DNA of 61,994 bases from a virus (lineage: Duplodnaviria > Caudoviricetes). The stretch spans positions 1 to 61,994 of IMG/VR virus record IMGVR_UViG_3300012930_000013, one strand, 5' to 3'. The notes under the pieces were generated by a model. It worked only from the letters and a program-made list of their open reading frames with translations. It was not told the DNA's origin and ran no database searches. A program made the position numbers and the translations under genes. Shown in pieces: positions 28,901-37,857 of the stretch (positions within the stretch are counted from its first letter, which is position 1; every line of letters starts with the position of its first letter).

Positions 28901-29457
28901 TCATGGGATCTCCTTGGACGCTGGCATACAACACAGGACGAGATGCTAACGACGAGGAACAGCTCGATGAGTGCAAACGACACTATGATGACTGGTACGA
29001 GCTGTACCCGGAGATCAAGCAGTACCAAAACTGGGCAGTCGATCACGGGTATGAGCATGGTTGGGTTCCGACCATCGGCGGCAGGCGTGGCCACGTCCGT
29101 AAGATGCTCGAGGGGTGCGATCGAGACGGCAGGTATATCCAAGACGACGACAAGCGGAAGAAGATGATTAAGCACGGTGAGCGTGTGTGCACGAATACCG
29201 TCGCTCAAGGATCCGAGGCTGACATCGTGAAGATGGCGCTCAACCTCATCCGCCTATCGCCGAAGATGATCGAGTTCCGTTGTGCACCGCTGTTTCCTGT
29301 CCACGACGAGATCGTGAGCGAGGGTCCCGAGCGGACCTCCGTCGCCAGCCTCGAAGAGCAGATCCGCCTGATGAAGGAGCCGTACAAGGACGAGATGGAG
29401 GTCGAGCTAGCAGTGGAGGGTGGAATCGGGGACAACTGGATTAGTGGCAAACCGTAG
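25921..29457 (+). CDS. polA: Family A DNA polymerase with 3'-5' exonuclease, intein-containing
   Basis: ExoI AVDTE, ExoIII YAGDDA; TSGRISS, NLQNI; motif A ADYS; motif B SKN|TNFALI; NTVAQGSEADIVK; motif C VHDEI. Confidence 0.9.
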   Translation: MSDRAPVQFAETPKQARRFMDELYREAYLPGKITAVDTEFVPISNEPVLLSYSWGRGVRRVVRSELVKDHFGDWLVDPQTKLAYQNYKADVETMERLGIPPTELIHSFYIDTMVTGVLRDETLMQHGLKAQMFHFLKWFRREYGQLFCYVPPGKKKAIVMDPRQVMDGLPDDALTDAVTKWGGAKGGHKVGPRSAEQWRQMMIDYAGDDAEGTQILAVDHRRYLRKTDYWDKYVDVDRVFTSTLMQCGVSGAFLDQPVLRKILRKQDIRIMRAEHCFRAAAGDPKLKLRSRPQMKKLLFDEWGWPEHPTIETDSGGVSMDGEVLTWWLNEHKLAMAGVKLAFNNAATMKGTFLEGLLSGVSDDGRLRSDLNQIGAKTSGRISSRKFEKLIEITKTLKNGEVRTQVKKKKVGANLQNIIARKEKDPDGVRGAFRAPQLGEVTAWGVPATESHKLIVADYSGFHLVLVIHFTAKLTKKSAMLEIMRKYKTPSAVHVYTTIQMFKHTAPHRCDSDSYSCKDKKTGEWKKFHGENKVYSLSEFTMDDWKLVKPLFPDQYTYSKNCVTGETMILTDHGYKRIDELCVGAPLGRSKPATPIRIVTRDGIRDVADVYRGGKQPVKKLTTELGFAVRANDSHDMPVVRGGKIEMVKVGDMVVGDICVIKFGSNTHGRVTQIPAMAQGGMTSYKPLDLPRELTPEVARLLGYYVSEGFSMKSNTMYITSFGFGYQDDDMVLDVERCLRLVAGSRLKQHDGAKARRYYITSKDLYEWWRFLGCGTSSADKQIPPCVLGAPWPVKREFLRAYFAGDGSICDGVIKATSKSELLIRQIQGELINIGIACSVFSGEVGEYGIYWSIQISSSSYVKRFSEYIGFSCKRKQDLAERVVIANPRSTLVIEGFDVEYELIQKKLFGGVRSRMSQVTRGTCRLGEVVVQKIDPEALVGTEIEKMLNDGLWTVRVTSIEPDGDAEVFDLYEPVHKMMVASGLLVGDTNFALIFMGSPWTLAYNTGRDANDEEQLDECKRHYDDWYELYPEIKQYQNWAVDHGYEHGWVPTIGGRRGHVRKMLEGCDRDGRYIQDDDKRKKMIKHGERVCTNTVAQGSEADIVKMALNLIRLSPKMIEFRCAPLFPVHDEIVSEGPERTSVASLEEQIRLMKEPYKDEMEVELAVEGGIGDNWISGKP
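27601..28881 (+). mobile_element. Intein (427 aa) with LAGLIDADG endonuclease, inserted in polymerase motif B
   Basis: Starts CVTGETMILT; block B His (NDSH); LLGYYVSEG and FLRAYFAGDGS; block F VFDL; ends LLVGD followed by Thr; removal restores SKNTNFALI. Confidence 0.9.
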
Positions 29458-29478
29458 AACTGTGAGGATAAAGTTGGT

Positions 29479-30075
29479 ATGAGGAAGAAAGATGAGCTCT
29501 CGCTGGAGAACACCTGCATGTCTCACGGTCATCCAGAGGAGATGGTGTTCGTGCTGCTCGGCCGAGACCCGGCGGCTCCACTGGCGCTGCGCGCGTGGGC
29601 TGACGAACGAGTCCGCCTCGGCAAGAACACCCACACCGACGTGCAGATCACGGAAGCTCGCGAGATCGCGGACACCATGGAGCTCGAGGGGCGCCGTTGG
29701 GTCGACGTCCCTCGGGATGCCGCGGGGCCTACGCGCGCCGAGCTGACCAAGGCGCTCGATGAGTCGGTGAAGCTCCAGAGCCACTACGCCACGCTCCTTA
29801 ACCAGTACGATGGCGGTGAGCGCGTGATGTTCGCAGATTCAGACGACTGGATCCGTCGCCTGAGCGACATCAAGTGCAGCCATGTACACGTCGTCCGCGG
29901 CGAGGACGCGCCGCGGGTCTACGGATCCTGGCGGACGCAGGTCTGCCTCGACTGCGGGGCGTTCCGCGAGCACGGACACAACGACCGCCCGGTCCCATCG
30001 AGGCCGTGGCCGGGCCACGACTGGCGGCCGGCGAGCGAGTACGAGGATGCGGTCGCCAAGCGCGAGGACGACTGA
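29479..30075 (+). CDS. Hypothetical phage protein
   Basis: FVLLGRDPAAPLALRAWA motif common in phage hypotheticals. Confidence 0.55.
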   Translation: MRKKDELSLENTCMSHGHPEEMVFVLLGRDPAAPLALRAWADERVRLGKNTHTDVQITEAREIADTMELEGRRWVDVPRDAAGPTRAELTKALDESVKLQSHYATLLNQYDGGERVMFADSDDWIRRLSDIKCSHVHVVRGEDAPRVYGSWRTQVCLDCGAFREHGHNDRPVPSRPWPGHDWRPASEYEDAVAKREDD

Positions 30076-30530
30076 TGAAGTTCTGGGAGCGGCGCGACCC
30101 CGGTCCAGTCAAGGCGATCCACCCCTTCACCAAGAAGGTCATCACGGTGCACCCGCTGAAGGACGCGCGCATCTCGAATGACCTCGACGCGGAGTTGCGC
30201 CGACTTCCCGGAGTGCTGAGCTGGTGGATATCGCTCCGCGACGAGGCCGAGAAGCATGCTAAGGAAGCGCGCCACGACGAGCACAACGCCGGCGAGGACC
30301 TCTACGAGGAGTATCGCGGAAAAGCTGCCAAGGCCGCCACCGAGACCTCGATCAAGATGGCTGTCAAGCGCGACCCGCGGATGCGCGAGGCGTTCCGCGC
30401 CCGGATGGACGCGGAGAACATGCACCGCCGACTAAAGGGCGCGGTGGAGGCGATCAGCGAGAAGCGGTGGAGCCTGCAAGGGCTCTGCAAGACCGCCGCG
30501 ATGGAACGCGGAGCAAAGGATCACGCCTGA
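30075..30530 (+). CDS. UvsY-like recombination mediator
   Basis: Helical protein with ATETSIKMAVKRDP...LKGAVEAISEKRWSLQ; upstream of SSB and RecA. Confidence 0.55.
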   Translation: MKFWERRDPGPVKAIHPFTKKVITVHPLKDARISNDLDAELRRLPGVLSWWISLRDEAEKHAKEARHDEHNAGEDLYEEYRGKAAKAATETSIKMAVKRDPRMREAFRARMDAENMHRRLKGAVEAISEKRWSLQGLCKTAAMERGAKDHA

Positions 30531-30802
30531 TGCGCGAGAACTCGATGAACACTGATAACAACCTCCACTGGCACGACGGCACCACGTGTCACGGACACCC
30601 GACCTTGGACGACTGCACTGCGCAGGCGATCGCCTGCCAGTGGGTCGGCAGGGTGCTGGAGCATGTCGACACCTACCCAGACGGGTCCGAGGTGAGGTGC
30701 TACAGCTTGGTCGCCAGCAGCTTCGACACCCACGGCAAGCGAGGCAGGTACGTGGCCGAGGTGAAGGTGGTCGCGGTCATCATCCCGATCAAGGAGAACT
30801 GA
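30530..30802 (+). CDS. Hypothetical protein
   Basis: TGATG-coupled ORF. Confidence 0.4.
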   Translation: MRENSMNTDNNLHWHDGTTCHGHPTLDDCTAQAIACQWVGRVLEHVDTYPDGSEVRCYSLVASSFDTHGKRGRYVAEVKVVAVIIPIKEN

Positions 30803-30803
30803 C

Positions 30804-31757
30804 GTGAAGAGCAGCAAGGAGAGCAAGAAGCACAAGCACGACGACTCCGACGACCTCGACGAGATGCGCGAGGCGTTCAAGAACCACCAGAACCGAGCCA
30901 AGGGTGGAGGAGGTTCTGGTAACACCTTCGCCAAGCTCGAGAAGGGGAAGAACCTCTGCTACTTCCTCCCGATACCCGGTCAGCGCAAGTTCTACGCGGA
31001 GGGCTGGACCCACTTCCAGGTCGGCCCGAACGAGCGCGCCGTCCGGTGCGTCGACGAGGCGCACATCGACGCAGAGCGGGGCCTGCCGCAGTCGGGCACG
31101 AAGTGCCCTCGCTGCAAGCGGTTCCTGCGCGAGCAGGCCCGGATCAACAGCGAGTATGAGAAGGGAGACGAGGATGGTCGTGCGGAGTGGAAGGCCGCGA
31201 AGGACAAGTACGTCCCGCGTCACCAGTACTACAGCAACGTCCTCCGCGAGGACGACGACGGCGACTTCGAGGTGAAGATCCTCCCATATGGTCCTCAGGT
31301 CTGGGGGCAACTGATGAACTTCTACATCGGCTCCGACACCGACGTCGGTGACTTCACGGACCCGAAGTCTGGGAAGTGGCTGAACATCAAGAAGGTGGAC
31401 AAGGGTGGGCGGAACCGCCGCAACGTCGAGTACCAGGTGTTCCCGGTCGACGGTCCTAGCATCTCGAGTACGTGGGCAACGATCAAGGACGCCCTCCACG
31501 ACCTGGACGCGGCGCGCGGCAAGGTCCTGTCTCTGGAGGAGTTCGTCGCCGTCGAGAAGGGTGTCGACGTCGACAAGGACTCTGACGACGATGACGACGG
31601 TAAGCATCGCCGCAAGCGCTCTCGCGCGGAAGACGATGAGGACGAAGACGCCGAGAGCGACGATGGTGATGATGAAGAAGAGGAGGAGGAAGACGCGGTC
31701 CGCACCGAGCGGTCCAAGCTCGCCGTCAAGATGAAGAAGCGCCGGCGGGACGACTGA
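30804..31757 (+). CDS. gp32-like single-stranded DNA-binding protein
   Basis: HF...C...CPRC zinc ligands; YYSNV; GDFTDPKSG; acidic C-terminal region; adjacent to RecA. Confidence 0.75.
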   Translation: MKSSKESKKHKHDDSDDLDEMREAFKNHQNRAKGGGGSGNTFAKLEKGKNLCYFLPIPGQRKFYAEGWTHFQVGPNERAVRCVDEAHIDAERGLPQSGTKCPRCKRFLREQARINSEYEKGDEDGRAEWKAAKDKYVPRHQYYSNVLREDDDGDFEVKILPYGPQVWGQLMNFYIGSDTDVGDFTDPKSGKWLNIKKVDKGGRNRRNVEYQVFPVDGPSISSTWATIKDALHDLDAARGKVLSLEEFVAVEKGVDVDKDSDDDDDGKHRRKRSRAEDDEDEDAESDDGDDEEEEEEDAVRTERSKLAVKMKKRRRDD

Positions 31758-31760
31758 GCC

Positions 31761-32729
31761 GTGCTCGACGCTAAGCGAGAGCAGGCCGTCCGAACCCTCC
31801 GCGCCACCCACAGCGCGGAGGCTCGGTCGCGCCTGGCGGCGAGTGGTAAGAAGCTCGCGATCCTGCGCACCCACCTCGCCAAGAAGTACAAGGGCGAGGT
31901 GTTCACGCCGATCGCGAGCGGTGCGCGAGCAGCGAACATCAGCGCGGTCAGGAGCGGCTGGCAGGAGCTCGACGACCTCATCACCGGGGAGAACGACGCC
32001 GACTGCAGGACGGTCGCCGGGACCGGGCTCGGTTGGCCGCGCGGACGCATCATCGAGATCTACGGTGCTGAAGGTATGGGTAAGACGACGTGTACCTTAC
32101 AGTTAATCGCCGCGTTCCAGCGCGCCGGTGAGCTGTGCGCGTTCGTTGACGCGGAGCACTCCCTCGACGTGTCCTACGCGGCCAAGCTCGGCATCGACCT
32201 GACCACGATGGTGTTCCACCAACCGGACGCCGGCGGCGAGCGCGCGCTCGACATCGTCACGAGCATGTGCGAGAGCGGGGCGTTCGGGTGCGTGGTGGTC
32301 GACTCGGTCGCCGCGCTCACCCCGCTCGCCGAGCTCGAGCTCGACTTCGAGGACTCAGCCCAGCCCGGCGGTCACGCCCGCCTGATGTCCCGAGCGCTCC
32401 GCAAGCTCGCCGCGATCTGCGCGCGCACCAACACGCTGCTCGTGTTCGTAAATCAGACGAGAGTTAAAATTGGTGTGCGGTTCGGTAACCCGACCACAAC
32501 TACCGGAGGGAACGCGCTCAAGTTCTACGCGTCCGTTCGCCTGGAGATGGTGAACGTGAAGACGAAGAAGAAGGGCGACCGGGTCATCTTCCGCCGGACC
32601 AGGATCCGGACGGTCAAGAACAAGGTCGCCCCGCCGTTCCGGGACGTGTACGCGGACATCGTCCCGGGGAAGGGGATCACCGTCGTGCACGGCGACCCAG
32701 ACCTCGGCGGCGGTTCCGATGACGAGTGA
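31761..32729 (+). CDS. recA: RecA recombinase
   Basis: GWPRGRIIEIYGAEGMGKTT, FVDAEHSLD, VVDSVAALTP, ARLMSRALRKL, GGNALKFYASVRL, KNKVAPPF. Confidence 0.95.
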   Translation: MLDAKREQAVRTLRATHSAEARSRLAASGKKLAILRTHLAKKYKGEVFTPIASGARAANISAVRSGWQELDDLITGENDADCRTVAGTGLGWPRGRIIEIYGAEGMGKTTCTLQLIAAFQRAGELCAFVDAEHSLDVSYAAKLGIDLTTMVFHQPDAGGERALDIVTSMCESGAFGCVVVDSVAALTPLAELELDFEDSAQPGGHARLMSRALRKLAAICARTNTLLVFVNQTRVKIGVRFGNPTTTTGGNALKFYASVRLEMVNVKTKKKGDRVIFRRTRIRTVKNKVAPPFRDVYADIVPGKGITVVHGDPDLGGGSDDE

Positions 32730-33088
32730 CAACTCGAAACGTAGAGAGGATCCCCATGACGACACCGCTATCTGATAGTGACCTAGGCAGCTTCTACAGC
32801 ATGCTTCGGCACTATCTCGACGGGTTTAAAGATTCTGATCTCAAGCGCCTTGATGAAGAGCGTGACTTGAGATGGGAGAGGCGGATCGCATATGTCACGA
32901 TCGATGGTTTGAAGTCGGATTCGGAAGTTGTTACCGAGCGTATATTGCGGGTGACGCTGGCCATGGAGTCCGACCACACGGTGTGCAAGCGGTGTTATCA
33001 AGATCTCGGAACAGCTCACGCAGATCAGTGCGCGAATGGTCCAGGGTTAATTACAGGAACGCAGGGACCTCTAACGAAGGATGAGTAA
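32726..33088 (+). CDS. Hypothetical protein (low GC)
   Basis: ORF filling the gap between recA and KTSC genes; start uncertain. Confidence 0.4.
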   Translation: MTTRNVERIPMTTPLSDSDLGSFYSMLRHYLDGFKDSDLKRLDEERDLRWERRIAYVTIDGLKSDSEVVTERILRVTLAMESDHTVCKRCYQDLGTAHADQCANGPGLITGTQGPLTKDE

Positions 33089-33365
33089 GATGAGACTACT
33101 CACGGTAACAGACAGCGACATCATCGAGGCCATCGGGTTCGGTACGCTGATGGAGAATCCGGGAGGTGTACCTGGAACGTTCGGCACCCTTGGAGTCGTG
33201 TTCAAGTCATCGCAGGACACTATCTATGAGTACAAGGACGTGGCCATCGACACGTTCGCCAAGCTCATCGCTGGGGACAGCATCGGCAAGGTGTTCCATG
33301 AGCTGTTCAGGAGGACCAAGTACCCGTTCACGAAGAGTGCGAGGACGCCGACGCTCAAGAAGTAG
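33081..33365 (+). CDS. KTSC-domain protein
   Basis: SDIIEAIGF...LGVVFKS...YEYKDV...FAKLIAGDSIGKVFH. Confidence 0.75.
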   Translation: MSKMRLLTVTDSDIIEAIGFGTLMENPGGVPGTFGTLGVVFKSSQDTIYEYKDVAIDTFAKLIAGDSIGKVFHELFRRTKYPFTKSARTPTLKK

Positions 33366-33395
33366 TTGACAACGTCACCACGATTTTCATAGGAT
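33365..33395 (+). promoter_or_regulatory. Operator GTTGACAACGTCACC over -35 TTGACA with -10 TAGGAT
   Basis: Copy of the recurring motif immediately after the KTSC stop codon. Confidence 0.65.
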
Positions 33396-33414
33396 GCGCT
33401 TGGAGGACTCGCAG

Positions 33415-33828
33415 ATGACGGATAACAAAAACGACGGTGACCATCAACGACGTTTCGTCGACGCATACCATCATCTACGCGACGTGGCGCGAGCTGCGGT
33501 TCACCCACTTCACCGCCAAGTCCTCGCGGCTCGGCTACACTCGCCGTGGCGGCAGTTACTGGTGTGGGCGACGCGCTCGGCGCGCCTCGCCGCGATCGCG
33601 GGCGGTATCTACTTCGTGGTCCTCGGGTGTCGGTCATGCGATCGACGACGCGAGCAGCGCATCAGCAGCGCCGTCGTCCAGGAGCTTCGGTACGAGGCTG
33701 CGCTCAGGCACTTCCACTTGCCGGACGGCGACTATCCACTCATCGCCGGGTGCGCTGCGCTCGACGCAGGCTTTTGGTTTCCGTGCACCACTGCGGTCGT
33801 CTCGTTCACGAGGAACCCGAAGCGATGA
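33415..33828 (+). CDS. Hypothetical membrane protein
   Basis: GGAGG RBS; hydrophobic LAAIAGGIYFVVLG. Confidence 0.45.
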   Translation: MTDNKNDGDHQRRFVDAYHHLRDVARAAVHPLHRQVLAARLHSPWRQLLVWATRSARLAAIAGGIYFVVLGCRSCDRRREQRISSAVVQELRYEAALRHFHLPDGDYPLIAGCAALDAGFWFPCTTAVVSFTRNPKR

Positions 33829-34970
33829 GGATCGTGATCTTCAGTGACTTGCATGTCCACACGTGGCAGGAGTTCTCTCGTGATGATGACGGTGTGCCAT
33901 CGCGGCTCCGTCACTGTCTGCTCGTGCTGCGGAAGGTTCGCGAGTACTGCCTCGCCAACGACATAACGAACGTTCTCTTCGGCGGCGACCTATTTCACAA
34001 GCGAGGGGTCCTCTACACGCAGCCGTACAACCTCGTGGTGGCCGAGCTGGCGGCGTGGAGGTCGTTCGGTCTAAAGCTCTACGCGAACGTCGGCAACCAC
34101 GACGCCGCGGACCGCCTCGGCAAGGTCCACGCTCTCCAGGCGCTCGCGAGCGCCGACCTGCTCAAGACGGTCGGTGATGATGGGTGGGCGAACTGGATCC
34201 TGGTGGATGACGCGTCCAGCATTACCAAGCAGAACATCATCGTCACGGCTGTGGCGTATTGCCCGGGTGCCGACGAGCTGCGTCGGCGCGTAGACGCGGC
34301 GCTCGAGGAGCGCCTGTTTATCGGCGACGGTCTGTGGATCCACCACACCCACGACTGGTTCACGGTCGGCCTGTTCCACCATGGGTTCAAGGGCGCTCGG
34401 GTCGGGACGTCGCTCGAGTACACCATCAAGGAGGAGGTGGACCCCGACGAGTACGCAAAGAGCTTCGACGCAAAATTTTCCGGTCACTACCATGCTCATC
34501 AAGAGATCGGCTCCCAGGGGAACGCATGGTACGTCGGGTCTCCGATGGAGTTCGTACGCGGGGAGACCTCTCCCAAGGGCTTCCTCATGCTGGACACCGA
34601 CCGCGCCGAGATCGAGCGCGTCGACCTGGACCTGCCGCGGTTCGTGAAGCTCACCGGCGGGCAGATCGGTGACCGGGACTTCGACGTCGCGGCGCACGTG
34701 CGCGGGAACTACGTCGACGTCGTGTTCGACGAGCTGCCGATGCCATGGGACAAGCTCGACAGCACGCTGCGCAAGCTCGGCGCCGAGGGTGTCCGCGCCT
34801 GCCCGACGCGTGCGGACAAGCTGCCGAAGTCGTCTCGGCTGGAGGTCGACCCGACCGCTGGCGACCGGCAGCTGCTGGAAGCGTACATGGAGCACGTCGG
34901 GGTGAGCATCTCCGAGAGGGAGGACCTGCTCCAAACAGGGCTACAATTCCTGGAGGAGGGTGCCAAATGA
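33825..34970 (+). CDS. sbcD: SbcD/Mre11/gp47-like metallophosphoesterase nuclease
   Basis: SDLH, GGDLFH, GNHD, GHYH, YVGSP. Confidence 0.85.
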   Translation: MRIVIFSDLHVHTWQEFSRDDDGVPSRLRHCLLVLRKVREYCLANDITNVLFGGDLFHKRGVLYTQPYNLVVAELAAWRSFGLKLYANVGNHDAADRLGKVHALQALASADLLKTVGDDGWANWILVDDASSITKQNIIVTAVAYCPGADELRRRVDAALEERLFIGDGLWIHHTHDWFTVGLFHHGFKGARVGTSLEYTIKEEVDPDEYAKSFDAKFSGHYHAHQEIGSQGNAWYVGSPMEFVRGETSPKGFLMLDTDRAEIERVDLDLPRFVKLTGGQIGDRDFDVAAHVRGNYVDVVFDELPMPWDKLDSTLRKLGAEGVRACPTRADKLPKSSRLEVDPTAGDRQLLEAYMEHVGVSISEREDLLQTGLQFLEEGAK

Positions 34971-35043
34971 AACCACTCGATGACCAGAGCAAGCAGCCAT
35001 GTTCTCAGTACCTCGACATGACCACAGTAACCGGAGGTCGATA

Positions 35044-35991
35044 GTGAGCCAAGTGAACTACAAGAGCACGAGGCTGCTGGTCGAGGCAGTCAACCGAGAG
35101 ATGGAGATCGTCAGGAAGGCAGCGATGGGGAACATGGCGCTCGGCTCGCTGAACGAGCTCCGCGACCTGGTCGCCGAGCTCGCTGAGAAGGCGACGAGGA
35201 CGGCGGTAGAGGACGTCCCGGAGCTGGTGCCAGCCGAGTACGTCGCGACCATGAAGCCGCTCGTCGCCACCTACCACCGACTACTCATGAACGCCGACCA
35301 GCTCGCGCCGTGCCTGTGCATGGACCTGAAGGTGGCCGCCTGCGTGGTGATCCTCGTGGGCGACGAGAAGTCCTCCGTCAAGACCGCGCACGACCCGAGC
35401 CGGCCGGAAGCCGCGCTCGTGGTCGAGACGCTCCTCGCGTCGCTCGACGGCGGTACGAAGCGGGTCGCGGTCGAGGCCGAGACGGTGAACCTGATGGGGG
35501 GTGCCTGGGAGGTCTACCGCTGCGACCAGGCCGATCCAGACCAGGCATGCGGGATCCGCCGCGTTGGTCCGCCGGACCCGGGAGGGTGTGACTTCGTCGT
35601 GCGCGACACTAACCGCGACGAGTGTTGTCATGACATGCGGCTCGCAGACGCCGAGCACATCGTCGGAGCTCACAACAATCTGGTCGCAGACGACCTTGCA
35701 GCAGTCAAGGTGAAGACGAGTGATGATGGGTTGGTGACCATGACCACGACAACGCTCACCACCGATCGTCTGGCTGAGATTGAGGCGCTGTGCAAGCGTG
35801 TGACCCTCGGACCGCGGCGCTGGGGAGACCCGGCTGATGCACTCCTCGTTGCCACATGCCGTATCATCATCCCAGAACTCCTCGCCGAGATCCGTCGGTT
35901 GCGCGCAGACCTCGATCCGTGCGGCTCCGAGGATTGCTACGTGCTCGCCTCCATCAGGCGCAACGCTAGGATCGACGAGGACGAGGTGTGA
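35044..35991 (+). CDS. Hypothetical protein (apparently composite)
   Basis: GGAGG RBS; long ORF; C-terminal IPELLAEIRRLR motif common in phage hypotheticals. Confidence 0.5.
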   Translation: MSQVNYKSTRLLVEAVNREMEIVRKAAMGNMALGSLNELRDLVAELAEKATRTAVEDVPELVPAEYVATMKPLVATYHRLLMNADQLAPCLCMDLKVAACVVILVGDEKSSVKTAHDPSRPEAALVVETLLASLDGGTKRVAVEAETVNLMGGAWEVYRCDQADPDQACGIRRVGPPDPGGCDFVVRDTNRDECCHDMRLADAEHIVGAHNNLVADDLAAVKVKTSDDGLVTMTTTTLTTDRLAEIEALCKRVTLGPRRWGDPADALLVATCRIIIPELLAEIRRLRADLDPCGSEDCYVLASIRRNARIDEDEV

Positions 35992-36446
35992 AGCGGCCGA
36001 ACCAGATGGACTCGCGTAACCGCGACGCGAAGGAGGTCCTCGCGGACCTGGTGGGGATGGGATCCAAGCCGTGCAGGCTGACCATCGCGGGGTCGAACAG
36101 GCTCGACGCGTCCGCCACGGCAGCGGTGCTCCGGGAGCAGTGGTCGGCGATCGTCGACCTGGTCGGGTTCGAGCCCAGACGCATCGTCACCGGATGCTGC
36201 CCGGCCGGGGTTGAGAAGGCGGCGCGTATCGTCGCCAAGAGCGTGACCGGAAAGCTCGCGGCGGTGTTCCACCGCCCGGAGCTGATCCTCAGCGTGAAGA
36301 CGGCGGAGATGCTCATGAACATCATGCTGTCGAAGGGTGGCGACGCGCTGCTCGTCCTCGCGCGCGGGTCGAAGCCCGCGTGCGCGAACCTCCGCCAGCA
36401 GTTCATCGGATGGCAGAAGAAGGTCTACCAGGTCGAGGTCGGCTGA
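35988..36446 (+). CDS. SLOG-superfamily (YspA/DprA-like) protein
   Basis: LTIAGSN...IVTGCCPAGVEKAA...N..ML..GDALLV pattern. Confidence 0.5.
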   Translation: MKRPNQMDSRNRDAKEVLADLVGMGSKPCRLTIAGSNRLDASATAAVLREQWSAIVDLVGFEPRRIVTGCCPAGVEKAARIVAKSVTGKLAAVFHRPELILSVKTAEMLMNIMLSKGGDALLVLARGSKPACANLRQQFIGWQKKVYQVEVG

Positions 36447-36467
36447 CCTCGGGAAGGAGCGAGTGGT

Positions 36468-36683
36468 ATGAGCGAACTGCTGGACAACAACAAGCTGAGG
36501 TCGGTGCTCGGCGCACATGCCGTCAACGCCGACGATCCCGCCGGCGACGGCATCTACGCGCTCCAGTGGAGGAGCACCGAGACGTTCCTTCGGATGACGG
36601 AGGAGTACGTCGCGCCGGAGAAGCGCGCGGCGTACAGGCGGGCGCTGGAGATGGCGTTCCCGGGAAAGAAGGCGGTCCTGTGA
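36468..36683 (+). CDS. Hypothetical protein
   Basis: AAGGAG RBS; short ORF. Confidence 0.5.
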   Translation: MSELLDNNKLRSVLGAHAVNADDPAGDGIYALQWRSTETFLRMTEEYVAPEKRAAYRRALEMAFPGKKAVL

Positions 36684-37528
36684 GCGAGCGCGATCCGAAG
36701 ACGGTGACGGCGTCGGAGCTGAGGTTCGCCACCACGGCCGACCCGTTCCTCGGTGGTCAGGCGGTGGCGGACGTCGTGGTCGACGTGCCGTCCGGTACGG
36801 TCACGAAGAACAGGCTCGGCAAGAGGCTCATCGACAGCCAGGACGCCGGGCCGCGGGAGGCCCGGCCCCTCGATCCATACAAGGTGTCGCTCACCGAGCA
36901 CCTCGCGAACAGCACCCGCAAGCTGGTCGTCGCGCAGTACGTCCACCCGCTCGTGCTCGGTGTCCTGCGCAACCACGCCAGGTACGAGTGGACGCTGCAG
37001 GGCTTCGGCATGCTCCGCACGTACCTCACCAAGGAGCTCAGGCTCCACGTGTGGAACTCGAGCTTCGCGGTCCCGAGGGTGACGACGACCCATGACCACC
37101 CGTGGAACTTCGAGTCGCTGGTCATCGTCGGGCGGATCACGAACTCGCGGTACAGGCAGTGGCCGTGTACGCACACGCCGGAGCAGGTCGACGCGCTCAA
37201 GATCCGCCGCCCATTCATCAGGGCGAGGATCGTCTGCGGCACCGGCGGTGGGGTCGTGGACGACCTCGACCGGAAGCGGGTGTGGCTCGACCCGTTGCGC
37301 CCGGAGGTCTACGGCCCCGGCGAGTCGTACACGCAGCTCGCGGCCGAGGTCCACCACACGTCGTACGAGGACGGGACCGTGACCCTCGTCCGCCGGGAGT
37401 TCCTGCCCGACACGGAGCACGCCCACGTGTTCTACCGAGACGGCGAGGAGTGGGTGAGCGCCGAGCCGCGCCCGGCGTCGCCGGACGAGGTCGAGGCGGT
37501 CGTTACCCGGGCCCTGCTGAACTTCTGA
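36680..37528 (+). CDS. Cupin/double-stranded beta-helix protein (cysteine-dioxygenase-like)
   Basis: LRLHVW...THDHPWNFESLVIVG...GESY...EVHHT...TVTLV. Confidence 0.6.
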   Translation: MSERDPKTVTASELRFATTADPFLGGQAVADVVVDVPSGTVTKNRLGKRLIDSQDAGPREARPLDPYKVSLTEHLANSTRKLVVAQYVHPLVLGVLRNHARYEWTLQGFGMLRTYLTKELRLHVWNSSFAVPRVTTTHDHPWNFESLVIVGRITNSRYRQWPCTHTPEQVDALKIRRPFIRARIVCGTGGGVVDDLDRKRVWLDPLRPEVYGPGESYTQLAAEVHHTSYEDGTVTLVRREFLPDTEHAHVFYRDGEEWVSAEPRPASPDEVEAVVTRALLNF

Positions 37529-37530
37529 CC

Positions 37531-37857
37531 ATGGTTCGCCGAGGCACCACGAACCGCAACCAGCGCGGCAACACGCGCGACTGGCGGGCCCGGCGGCGGT
37601 GGTTGGTCGCGACGTTCCGGGCGAACCGCGACCTCAGGTGGCGAGACGGCCGAGGCGACTACTCCGCCCCGCGCGGGAGCGCGGACCCTGCGTGTCGGTG
37701 CTACCGCTGCGGGAAGCTCCTCAGCGAGGCCACCGTTACGGTCGACCGGATCGTCCCTGGAGCCCGAGGCGGCACGTACCAGCGCAATAATATTCGTCCT
37801 GCCTGCCCGCGTTGCAATAGCGAGGCCGGAGCCACCATTCGGAGGGTGCGATGCTGA
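37531..37857 (+). CDS. HNH endonuclease
   Basis: CRCYRCG...TVDRIVPGARGGTY.RNNIRPACPRCN. Confidence 0.75.
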   Translation: MVRRGTTNRNQRGNTRDWRARRRWLVATFRANRDLRWRDGRGDYSAPRGSADPACRCYRCGKLLSEATVTVDRIVPGARGGTYQRNNIRPACPRCNSEAGATIRRVRC

